A model generated the notes under the pieces. It saw only the letters and a list, made by a program, of their open reading frames with translations, was not told where the DNA came from and did not search any database. This document shows positions 1-11,900 of a DNA stretch of 64,000 bases, piece after piece (the first letter of the stretch is position 1; each line of letters starts with the position of its first letter). Origin of the DNA: Antedon mediterranea (taxonomy: Eukaryota > Animalia > Echinodermata). Location: assembly GCF_964355755.1 (NCBI RefSeq), contig NC_092675.1, positions 6,939,812 through 7,003,811 on the forward strand. Reading direction: 5' to 3'. A program made the position numbers and the translations under genes.

Positions 1-60
1 TGATAGCTTGGTTCCCACTAAGCAACGCAATGGCGTAAGCACAATCACGATGATCTTTAC

Positions 61-2048
61 CTTACAGAATTCTAAATGATGTACACAATAATATGGCGAA
101 TGTATCAGAAGACATCTTTTAAAACAGTCAATAGCTTCCACCGTCTGATTATGGAAGTCTGTGGGTGATCCCTTCGTCCTTCCATACGGAGAATAGTTGT
201 ACCCGGAATAATATCGATCCACAGGGTCTCTTAAGATAATTATAATTTTAGCATTTGGAGTAGCAGAGTACAAGAGTTTTGGAATTGTCATGGAAAATTG
301 TTCATCAATCAATTCGTATTTGCTGAAGAAGTTTCCAACGGTCCCATAACTGGTACTAACAGAGGCGTCACCAAACACTTTTGGATGGAAAGACTTGTAT
401 CTGTTACTTTTGACAATCTCTTTTACAGCGCCTTGTGTACGGTAAAAATGGAGATACCACTCGATACTGGACTGAGGTTTTCCAATTGTATTTGTTGTTT
501 TGGAAGCTAAACAAAAATATACAGTATTCTTTTATGTAAGATTGTGTTACTGAACTTTTAACTTGCTTGGTAATAATACTTTTCAGACACTTAACAACAC
601 ACATGTCACGAAAAGAAAGGTCACTGTAGATAACATATCAAATTAAACACAGTTAGATGATTTTTTTTGTGTAAATTACTCTTGTATTCCATTAAAGATG
701 TATTGTCCCCCTGAAAAAATAATTCTCGAACAATTTTTGTTGAATATTCCATTTTAATGTAACATAATAGTTATCCACTTTGACAAAAATTAGATCGAAA
801 ACAAATGTATTTAATTGAAATTTTTTAATTTAAAGCAAAAAATTGTCAAATTGGCTGCCAGCCAATGGATTTTTGGTTGGATTTAACCATTTATTTTGTT
901 ATTTTACAAGTGAAAACATTATTTTTTTCGTTATTTTTCTATGGAAGTGATTGACTTTATTAAAACTACAAAATAACATAATTAATCTTCAATATTCATG
1001 TTTTTGGGGGACAATACATCTTTAAAGTAGGCCTACCAGATAAACGAATGATGTGTAAACATCAGTCCGTAAACTGCATTGTTATAAGCAAACATTTCAA
1101 AGTATGTATACAGACAAATGACCCTTCACGTTTTTACTTTCAGCCTTGCAGGGTCAAACTGGGCATATGCCTTTATAAAGCTACCTCTCTAAAAAAACAT
1201 TGAAAACACCATATATATATAATTATATTTATCTAACAAAAATGGCTCTGAAATAGAAAGTGCAGTAAAGCCAAATTAGGTAGGTCCGTGATTAAAAGTA
1301 TGTTTCAAGTTTCAATCTGTAGGTAGGCCTACAAATAGTATTACTTCTAGGAAAATCGTCACACTGATCTTTAAAAAACATTGAAAACACCATATATATA
1401 TAATTATATTTATCCAACAAAACTTTTATATGAATTTTATATAATCATTGTAAATTTTTAAGCCTTTAATATTTTTTATGTCATTTGAATATTTAATATT
1501 TTATGTGTTGTACTGTATGTTTGTTTTATCGAGGGCCCTGAATGATCAGTTCTATTAGGAACTGGATAGGCTACCCTCAGTAAATATGGTAATAAATAAA
1601 TAAATAAATAAACAAAAATGGCTCTGAAAAATATACCTTCTTTTTGGCATGTTGGTAGTTTCTCTGTGCCATACTGTCTCCATGGCCACCAATGAGGTTC
1701 TTTGCAAACTTCTATCACATCTGGATGTTTTATAATTTTATACCAAAGGTCTGTAGTACCACACTTAGGAAACCCAGCAATGTAGAAATAGGGTAGGCAC
1801 ATTGGTTTGTCATCTTTATTGTACCAGCACGGTGCTTTAAAATCAGGATGGAAAGTCTCAGGAATAACTGCGTACACTTTTCGTTCATGCTTCAGTGAAT
1901 CGCTGATTACTACTTGCTTTTTAAATGCAGAATTACTTACTATTAATAATGTTGTAGGAAATCTCTGATAAAAAATCAAATAAATTATAGAGATAAAACA
2001 TACTAGACACGTTAGGTATAGCAGTATATGTCTGTGTAGGCCTACCAT
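61..2048 (-). CDS. CHST15: Carbohydrate sulfotransferase 15-like (GalNAc4S-6ST family) type II membrane sulfotransferase; first two coding exons (2048-1637, 506-61), gene continues beyond the left edge
   Basis: Exon 1: ATG 2048, N-terminal hydrophobic anchor (HILLYLTCLVCFISIIYLIFY), CLPYFYIAGFPKCGTTDLW (5'-PSB motif), KEPHWW, donor GTATAT at 1636. Exon 2 (ag|506, phase-compatible) reads ...VFGDASVST...PNAKIIIILRDPVDRYYSGY (3'-PB motif)...HHLEFCK|GTAAAG. Confidence 0.8.
696..1021. mobile_element. Non-autonomous DNA transposon (Kolobok-like MITE), family copy 1
   Basis: TIR AGATGTATTGTCCCCC ... GGGGGACAATACATCT flanked by TTAA on both sides. A TTAA TSD with RR..YY termini is the Kolobok signature. 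Related copies at 12102, 51605 and about 63462. Confidence 0.8.
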
Positions 2049-2828
2049 TGTGATAGGTCTAACCAAGCAATGTGCTGCTTAAATCTATAAATCTACTGCA
2101 CTTTCGCACTTACCTAATTTTCACCCACTGCTACTGCAGTTTTAGGTGCGAAAGTGCAGTAACGCCAAATTGGGTATGTCCGTGCTTAAACTATGTAAAT
2201 TTCAATCTGCAGGTAGGCCTACATCTAGGAAAATCATCGCACTGATCTTTTCACATAAGCAATTATGTACACATTTCAGATTTTTCTCTTTAGGCCTACA
2301 TTTCACTCTATTTATACAGTAATAAGTATAGGCAAGTAGGTATACTGTATGTATATATTCTTTGGTATAGATTCTTTGATAGGTTCTTTGTATAATAACG
2401 CTTGAGGTTGAGAAAACTTTTCAATTTGCCCGTTGAAGTGTATCGCATTCTTTTCAAATCCGTGATCCTTTTTTCTCTATCATGCGCTCAAACAATGGGG
2501 CAGTGAGTGTAAAGGATAAATATATATAATACAATAACTTATCCTTTCTCTTTTTGGCATCACAACCACTGCATTTATTCATATTAATATAAAATACTGT
2601 ATATTACATAACATATTTTGGGACACTCCTATTAAGGGGACAGTTTTTTTGGGTCCAGAAAGTGTCCCCTTAATAGGGGTTCTATTGTTCTAAATATCTA
2701 TTATTTTGTACCTTGCCACATTTGTGAGGTCTGTCGAGTCGTCATGCTACATTTTTTTTGTGCATTTCTCCCTTTTTTAAAATCAAAAGCGATGTGTAGG
2801 CCTAAACACCAAAGATCTCCGGCTATGG

Positions 2829-3247
2829 TAAAAACTCGACATGCATGATGTGTAAAACTCGACATACGCGATGCGTAACAACGCGACATGCCCGACGCGT
2901 AAAAACGCGACATTCCCGATGCGTAACAACAACGCGATATGCCCGATGTGTAACAAGGCCAACAGCCATAAGTCGCGTGCTCTCAGAAATAAAATGAACT
3001 TTCAAAAAGTAATGTACTTTAAAACTTTTCTGTACATCAAAACAGTTCAAAAAGTACAGAAAAACGCAAAGTGATACGCGACAGACCGACCGACCGACAT
3101 AGTTAAAACATGTCTGTACATCAAAACAGTTAAAAAAGTACAGAAAAGCGATAAAACGCAGTGATACCGGACCGACAGACAGACCGACATAGTGAACTAT
3201 AGAGTCGCGTCCACGCGAATAAAAACTCGACATGAACGATGTGTAAA
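2829..3247 (+). repeat. About 22-24 bp minisatellite (AAAACTCGACATGCxCGATGxGT), interrupted by a HINE
   Basis: Repeated aaaactcgacatg / aacgcgacatgcccgatgcgt units at 2829-2951, resuming at 3221-3247. Confidence 0.7.
2952..3224 (-). mobile_element. Helentron-associated interspersed element (HINE/DINE-1-like)
   Basis: Minus strand begins TTTTTATTCGCGTGGACGCGACTCTATAGTTCACTATGTCGGTCTGTCTGTCGGTC (5' sub-TIR hairpin plus GTCG/GTCT microsatellite). It has an internal tandem duplication and ends GCACGCGACTTATGGCTGTTGGCCTTGTT. Confidence 0.65.
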
Positions 3248-3659
3248 AAGCTAATGGTGTAGGCCTAATAGTTTTAAATTTATAAAGCGCAAAATATAAA
3301 TAGTCTCTATGCGCTGTTTAGCACAAGTGTAAACATGAAAAAGTTGATGTAAAATAAACCAGGAAAAGGCATACAATCCGAATAAATTGACCAAGACAAA
3401 AGAAAAAAGTCCGAAAACGGCTATAGGCCTATAACAGTATAAGGATAATATAACTGTAAGATTTAATAAGAATTAACATATAACATGATGTTACCTGTTA
3501 TTTGTGTTTCGATTACCTGGAATTGTAAGGTGCCGGACTATCTACCATATTTTATTTCTTTTATTCTAATGTTTTTATATATTACAAATCAACTGTACCT
3601 TTTATTATTTTACACTTTTGTTTATCATTGGACAGAGATAGAGAAATTAATACCTAGTT

Positions 3660-3990
3660 TTAATAATAATAACAATAATATCCTGGATTTATATAGCGCC
3701 TAATGTTGTGAAACCTCTAAGTGCTGTACATAAACTAATACGATAAAAGGGAATTTCAACCATGCTAAAAAAAACCTTCATCGCTAACCAGGGATCGATC
3801 TAATTGAACCCCGGTGGTCAGCACCAGTTGTGTCTCGGTCATCCCAGACTCGGGCGCCTCCTGCCCTACTAAATTAGATCTAAAACAATCTAGGTGGCTT
3901 TATTAAACAGGTATGTCTTAAGAAGCCTCTTAAAAAGAGCCACCGATTGTGAATATTTAATGTAGTTTGGAAGAGAATTCCATTCCAGTT
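3660..3990 (-). mobile_element. L2/CR1-group LINE 3' remnant
   Basis: Minus-strand frame EWNSLPNYIKYSQSVALFKRLLKTYLF (typical ORF2 C-terminus), followed by an L2-type tail GTACAGCACTTAGAG...GGCGCTATATAAAT...(ATT)n. Confidence 0.65.
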
Positions 3991-5907
3991 TTATCTAGTG
4001 AAACAAGAAAAGGAATCATGTATACATATATTGCAATGCAGACTTTTTATTTGGAACCTTTTTATAAAATTACATTATCAAAAGGACGGAAATAGTTCCA
4101 TTATACACAAAATACTTATCTATACCTAACATAACTATACTATTTATAATTAAAAAATATTAATTTTACAAGCGAAAATAGTAATTAAGTTACTGTATTT
4201 TAAAGCACAATATACCCAACGCATTACGGACGGACGGTTTGGGACGGACGGTTGTTAATAATGTTTAAATCTATTAAAATGATCATTCAATTACTGTATT
4301 ATAAAAATGTTAAGATTGATTAAAATTGCACAAAATGTGCATTGGTTATGCCACTAATAATTGTTCTTTGCCATGTAGAAAATGAAGGCAAGCGGAGACG
4401 TCACAATTCGAATTTAAACAGTATAAAATTGAAAACGCCCAGTTTTTACCTTAACTAAACAATGTAAATACCCAAAATGATGCATTTATATTATTATTTC
4501 CATAAAATATTGAGGAATTAACTTCTTCATCTGAAATTAAATTACAGAAAATTGACTCATTGACGTCATGTTGATGTTAATTGAACCATGGAAAAATAAG
4601 TTAAGCTAACTTATTTCTCCATAGAGGAATTCTTATCATGCTTTGAACAAATGAAGCGTTATATGTCAGGGTCTTCTATTCATACGCCTAATAGAAAACA
4701 AAATCACAATAACCTTGTGGGAAAATCATAATTTAAATGCCTGTGACATCAAAATGCAATATTTAAAATTATAGTAAAAAAAGGTAACAAGTTTTTGTAT
4801 CCATAACAAATTGAATTTTAAAACATACTCACACATAGAAAAATGAATTATACAACTTTAAAATTAAAGCAATTAATCTTAATTTCACATAATAATTACA
4901 TGGTGTAATATAATTATACATAATTAAAATAGTAATAACAAGGTATAAAAGAGTACAGAACCTTTCTGTTTTAGGGCCCAAATGACATTGGAGTTTTTTA
5001 AAAAGGGGGAGGGGAGTTTAAAAAATAATTCTTTTTTAAAGAGAGGGTTGTGGCCTATCTAAAAATTTATATTATTGTTAATCTCCAATTTATTATATAT
5101 ACTATTCATTTATCACCATGTACTGCATGAAATACAGAATTAATTAATTACAATTAGTACATTTTTAGAAGACATTATTTTATAAAAATTAATAAATCAA
5201 CTAAATATTTTTTTTTTCAATTGATAAAGAAAACAATACAAAGAATAAAAAAAGCTAAGTACTATTCCAAAATTACCAAATCAGTTATGTTTTCAATATT
5301 TGATAACTGTATTTTAATCAAATTAATAGATAACAATAATAAAATAAAAGAAAACAATCTATTAAAATACCAATTAACATATTCATGTGTCAAAATATGT
5401 ATATGGTACATAATCTATGATTAAAATTGTACAATTAAGATACACAAACAGTGGTGTTGGTAGTCTATGAGTTAGATGGCTACCTGTATAGACTTTACAG
5501 GTAGGGATTGCATGAAATAAACTATTGTAACTCAAAATGGTACTTTCAAGTCCTCTAGGAATGGTACTGTTTGAGGGGGTGAACCCACCATCCAATCACA
5601 GAGACCTGTATTTTTATACCACTATGAGACTTTCTCATTTGGTCCTTAAGAAGTTTTTTTAATAGAGTACTTTAATTTTGATTAACACATTCCTAAGTAC
5701 TATTTCGCAGACTTTATTTCAGCCTTTTTGTCAAGGTTAATATAACATCATAGAAAATAATTATACTCTAATATTCCATAATAAATTTTCTCTCGGTTTT
5801 TAACCAAATGTAATAGGACACATAATATAATTGCATAATATAAAGACTTGAACCCTGTTTCGATCATAATACACACGAGGCACTCGGTTTGAGTGTCATC
5901 TGGTGTG

Positions 5908-8900
5908 TTACGTCATACACAGGTATACACCTGCTCCATTGGTAGCATCTCCTTGTAAGTTCACTTGGTACAGAATGCCAGCAGGATTCAAAGAGGTTGA
6001 GAACTGTGCTATACACCCCACAAAACCAGATGTAAAATAACCTCCTGTGAGACTAGTTACATCACTACTATGACCACCTGAAAAATAACAAAGCAATTTC
6101 AGGCATGGCAAGGCCGAACACAGTTTTCACTTTTAGGCCTGTTTCTGCTGCAAAAAACATAACCGGTTAATAAACGTGTGACAAAATTAACCCTAATTTC
6201 TTTTGAGCAGAAACAGGACACATTTTCAATAACAGGTTAAATGGCAGTCTGAAAATAATGGTTAAAAACACGCAATCGATTCGGTGTTAGAACGCCATTT
6301 AACCGATTATTGCTGTTTAACTTTTAGCTGCAACGCAAAATAACAGTTATTTGATATACAGCCGCTGACCTTTGTCAACTACACTGCAGTAACGTTTGAA
6401 TTGACCGCCAGTGCCCATTGCATTTTAGGTACTGCGATTTCTGACGGTTATTTTGGAGCAAAAATTGAGCAGAAATGCCGTCGATACAAAAATTATATTT
6501 AAAATCTATTTTGACATAAACAGTTTATTCGGCAGCAGAAACACACCCTTAGTTAACAAACTAGGTCCTAGATGTAGTGCCTGAATAATAAATTATAATC
6601 TGTTTTTTGTTCATATCCAAAACAATGGAAAATTGCATGTTAGCGGGAGGCAGGAGAATGGTTCAAAATATCGGGGAACTCCTGCGATTATCGGGAGACT
6701 GTGACAGTACTTACCAACATACAGAAGACTTGTAAATGTGTTTAGTCCTGAATTACAACAAGGGCTGGAACCTGTTATGAGTTGATTACCACCGCTGGGG
6801 TTGGTTACGCTCATTGTCACAGTATTACCATTTCTAAAATAAAGACAGAATACCAAAAAATATACAACATGAGTTAATCAAAGATGCTTTACTCATGGAG
6901 AAATAAGTTAATAAGTTAGTTAAGTCCTAACTTATTTCTCCATGCTTTACTTAAAGGTAGGAAATTAAACCATGCATGAACTCACACCTATTTAAAAATT
7001 TGATATGCATACAATACCAAGAAACTCAATTGCAGGATGGATAAACTATTTACAACTAAGGATACATTCAGATTCACAGCATAAAGGTAGCATTATGTAA
7101 GTAGCATACATATTTCTGGGTCTGAACTAGGCTGTGAATTAGAGTTAGACAGCTGTTAGGCCTCTTTAGTGTCGTTAAATAACTATTTAATAACGTTAAT
7201 CCAGTGATGCCCCATAAAGTTACAGCTTCATTAAATGTGCTACAATGGAAGTATGAATCAAGATTATCAAGTTCTCTCATCTTGTAAGAAATTTGATGTT
7301 GATCATAGAGGTTCTGTTGAAAGTAGTCTAGCAGTTAGCAAGATGGATTGTCACAATAAATGTCACAGATTATTAAGCTCTTAACTTAAATTAAATATTC
7401 ATAAAATCTTTAATAACTTCACAGTTTAAGTTCCAGGATGTTGATGTATTAAATAAAATAAATTCTAAAAGCATTCAATATATAAATGAATGACTATCCA
7501 ATAAGCAGCCTACTCAGACACACAACTATGTCTGTGTTTTACGCACATAGAATGCATCAACGCAATACAAATACGGCAATACATGTAAACGTTTTGCCGT
7601 CTCACCAGACATAAGCTCCTTTGGATTTACTTTGTTTCTTCAAACAAACATGTGTGACTAAACTTATAGAAAAAACACCAACCTGTCTACATTTACATTG
7701 TAAAAGCCATTCTCAACAATCAAGTCTGTTGCCAACCTGCCGATGCCTGACCCAAGGTTAAAGGTGAACTCAATTCGACCTGATTTTATACCAAGAGCAA
7801 TAAAGTCATCTTCCATGTTTTCACCATTCCATAGTATTAAACTATCCACACTGGCATCGCGAGTATTAAACACTATAGCAAACCTATTGCTGTTAAAATC
7901 GCTGTTAAAAGAACAAAAAATACAAATAATTTATTTTATTTATCTATTTTATTTTATGTCTTTAGGCATGTGTGGCCAAGGATTACCAATAGTAAATCAT
8001 CAGATAAGTGGTATTTTTAAAATTTTTAACCAATAACTAAACAATACTAAACAATTTTATACTATTTTACAAATGTGTTTACATCATGTTGATATAAAGT
8101 TTGCGGTACAACACATATATTAGTTTTGAAAAGAATGTTGAGTTTCTCGACGTTTTGTTCAATATCTTTTGATCGTCCTCAGGAGAGAGATTGTCATTCT
8201 CACTCCTGAAGACGATCAAAAAATATACTGAGAAAAATATCAATTACCTTGCAATGATCTCACGTCCATACTGAAGATAGCTACGACCACTAAAATCAGC
8301 TATGTTGAATACATTTGGACCTAAAAAATAAGAGAAAGGATAATAATTATACAAATAATGATACAATAATAATGCAAGTATTGAAATGTTGAATTGTATA
8401 ATGACCTCAATTGTTTACATACCTTGTTTTTCAAAAGAAATTATAAAATCTTACTATTTTTTGTATTTCAATGCTAAGAGATAAATTCCATTTTCATATC
8501 CTGTATTTCTACAAAATATGTACAGCTTTTTAAAAAAAAAACAATAGGGAGGTTTCGCAATCTTATGAATACGAAAACGAATACGTCACGCACACGTATT
8601 AGTTTTTCGTAAGCCAGTAAAAATCTGTCACCTTCGCATGGCAACGAAATATTGAGGGCCCCGTCCAAAATATTACTGCGGTAAATTTGAGTGAAGCGCG
8701 GGTACGTGTTGCTTGGTGCTTGGCTGCCTAGGCCAACATCAAAGCGAGTGAGGACTTTAAAAACTGCTATTTATTGACCTGGCATTTTAGTAAATTACTT
8801 TAGTAAATTACTTTCAATAAAAGTATAATTATTTTATAATCATGAATCATTCCTGATTGAAATACAAAATGTGCAAAATAGCTCAGAAACTATACTCGTT

Positions 8901-11900
8901 TTGTAGTTACGAATATGACTGGTGATATTCGTCAACACGAATACGCTTTAGGAATATGAAATAGGGATCAGCTCGAAAAGTTTCACAAATGTGTGACGTA
9001 TCCGTTTTCGTTATCGTATTCGTAAGGTTGCCAAACCTCCCTACTATATACAGTAGAACTGTTTGGGACACCCTATTTATTAATAAAATTTAAAATATAT
9101 GTTTAAACACTGCAGCTAACCCCTATCCAAGGGACAAGTAATACTCTACAAAGGTGTCCCCTATATATTTTAATTCAATACAGAACAAAGAACATCCCAT
9201 TAACAAACTCTTTGTTACTAAAATTTAAAATTGAATCAGATGATATTGAATGCCTTCCAGGAATTTCAGAAGGTCATATCCAAAAAATATGTCAAATTTA
9301 TTGATAATCAAATTGGAATTATCAAAGAAGGAAGACAGTGATGAGATATGATGGAAATATTGATTAAAACTAGCCAGTTATTTGATTTCCTGTCAATTAC
9401 GTTGTTGGCTATATGCTAGGTGTCTGTCTCAAAGGACAAAGGCATCCGGCTTTCATAAAACATTGTCCGCCGCAAGCCAAACAGTTTATTTTTTCAAAGA
9501 AGTCAGGGTGGGTGCCTGTAGTGTGTGCTAACGTCACAATAAAAAATAAGGTAAGTTTTTTCATGAATTCTTAATGCTATTTTGAAGCTTTGTCATGCAT
9601 ACATATTTAAATAGTTTGATATTAATAATACTTTATTGTGTACTTAACTAATTTGTATGCTTGGAATTTGAAATCAGATTATAAATGTTTTTTGTTATTA
9701 ACTCATTCACTGCTAATTTGTTGATTAAATTCATATATTATTTTGTTTTAAGTAAGACTTTATTATTCTATTCAAATTGTCTATCACCTGTATGCATAGC
9801 CGATTCTTGGTATGTCCATACTCTATTTACAATAGACAAATTGTGACACCTGAATCATGGGCGATAAATCAATCTAACTTTAACATAATACACTAGCGCC
9901 AAATTGTTTTCAAGAAAGTTTAATTACATAAAGAACCATGGTTTTCTTGTAATCAAATTTGACATAAACTGTCCAAAACAAACTAAATCACCGAGATATA
10001 GTAACACTTTTAAATGAGCATTTAAATAGCACTTTTTTGTGTCAACACTATCATTAAATTTAAAACTTAAATTCAACCCAATTATTATCGTTTGAATTAT
10101 ACTATGAATGCTATTTACAACAAAGGACTTCTTAAGTTCTACATAAATTAACTCTAAATGCCATCTCTATTAAAACTACCAGTAATAAGTGAGGTCTTAA
10201 GATACATTTCTCATAGATCGATGAGAATGGCGTGAGATCTGTTTTAACAATACTATATATAAATCCATGAGTACTGCTTTTTTTTCAAAGTCAATGAAAT
10301 TAAATATTTTGCAAAACAAGTAGCTTAGAATGGTTTACTAAGAATTTCTAGTACTTAACTTAATTATAAGTTTCCTTCCAAGCAAATTTAAAAGGTTATA
10401 TACCCTGGATACTGTCATTCAAAAATTACTCAGTCTCAGTTATGAATTTTATTCTTTCATGATTATTAGGCCTATGTACTTGTTAGTCTAGTTTATAGAC
10501 GGCTTTTCACTTCATATTGGAAAGATAAATATACTAATTAAAATAATGAATAAATAATATAAAAAAGGGACAAGTCTAGGTACTTTTAATAATATAACAA
10601 AACAAAAAATCAAAACAATGCATATACAAAAAAATGAAACAAATCTGTGGAATTTGATTTTGCAAATAGGAAAGGAGTTAAAAAACATTTAAAATATCTA
10701 TTTTAAACTTAATCTAGTGAGAATTAAGAAATATTTGTATATTTTATATTGCGAAATTCTAGTAAATAATTATAACTACAGTTCTGTATTGTATAAATTA
10801 TATTATTACAATATATAATTAAATTTTCTTTCTCCTTTCAGAATGAACAAGTTTCTCATTGCCTTTCTAGTGCCATGGATTCTCTTATGCGATGGTCAGG
10901 AGAAAAGTTTCTCATCGTCTGTTTCAGAAATTGTGGATCCTGATCCAGATCCTGATCCCAATCCAAACCCAAATCCAGACCCGGATCAACAAGTCTGTCC
11001 AATAGAATGTCCAACAGGTCCAGCTGGTGAACCAGGAAAGAATGGTTCTCCTGGTCAACCAGGAATTGCAGGCCAACATGGAAGCCCAGGTGTGCAAGGT
11101 TTAGACGGACAGTCTGGCGTGCCAGGGTTAACTGGGCTACCAGGAGAACCGGGCCAGAAGGGAGAAGCTGGGGCACCTGGTTTACATGGCGTTCCTGGAC
11201 TAATGGGTCCACCTGGCCCTCCAGGTACAGGTACTGGTGTTGTCAATCCAGGTGAGGGAGGAGGAGGCATACTTGAAGAGGGTTTGAGTCCGTACCAGTA
11301 TTCTGCATTTACAGCTGTTCGTACAACTGTATTGAAATCCAGCAACGCTGCACAAATATTAACATTCGACGCAGAAGTAACAGATGTTGGAAAAGATTTT
11401 GATCATCGCTCGGGGTTATACATCTGTGACACACCAGGTGTTTACCACTTCACGTTTCATGCCATGCGACAGAGCAGCGCTGAGGACGTTTACGTAAAGC
11501 TTATGCACAATGGAAAATTAGTCGTCTCTGCTTTTAACGCTGATCAAGACGATCACTCGGATATTGCAAGTAACACGGCTATAATCGTACTGAGATTTGG
11601 CGATCGTGTATACTTGGAAGTTCCTGCTCATAATTCTGTATACAGTAACAGTCACAGACCAACAACTTTCAGTGGATTTCTTCTTATTCATGGTCGCAAC
11701 ATTAACTGATTATAAAGCCTTCAGATAGTATACATCATAAGCATGTGTTGCTTTTAAAGAATATACAATCTTTTTTATATCAATATATGATTAATATACA
11801 TATCAATGTTTAATCAGAAAATTCAATAACATGAAACAAATCACTTTTGCTTACCTTTATATCTGGTATTATAATTAGTACAGTATATTATATATTAAAT

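Noticed and set aside
2829-3247. CRISPR-like array or coding ORFs 2701-3233
   Set aside because: Eukaryotic context; the units are tandem without unique spacers, and the ORFs are by-products of the minisatellite and HINE.
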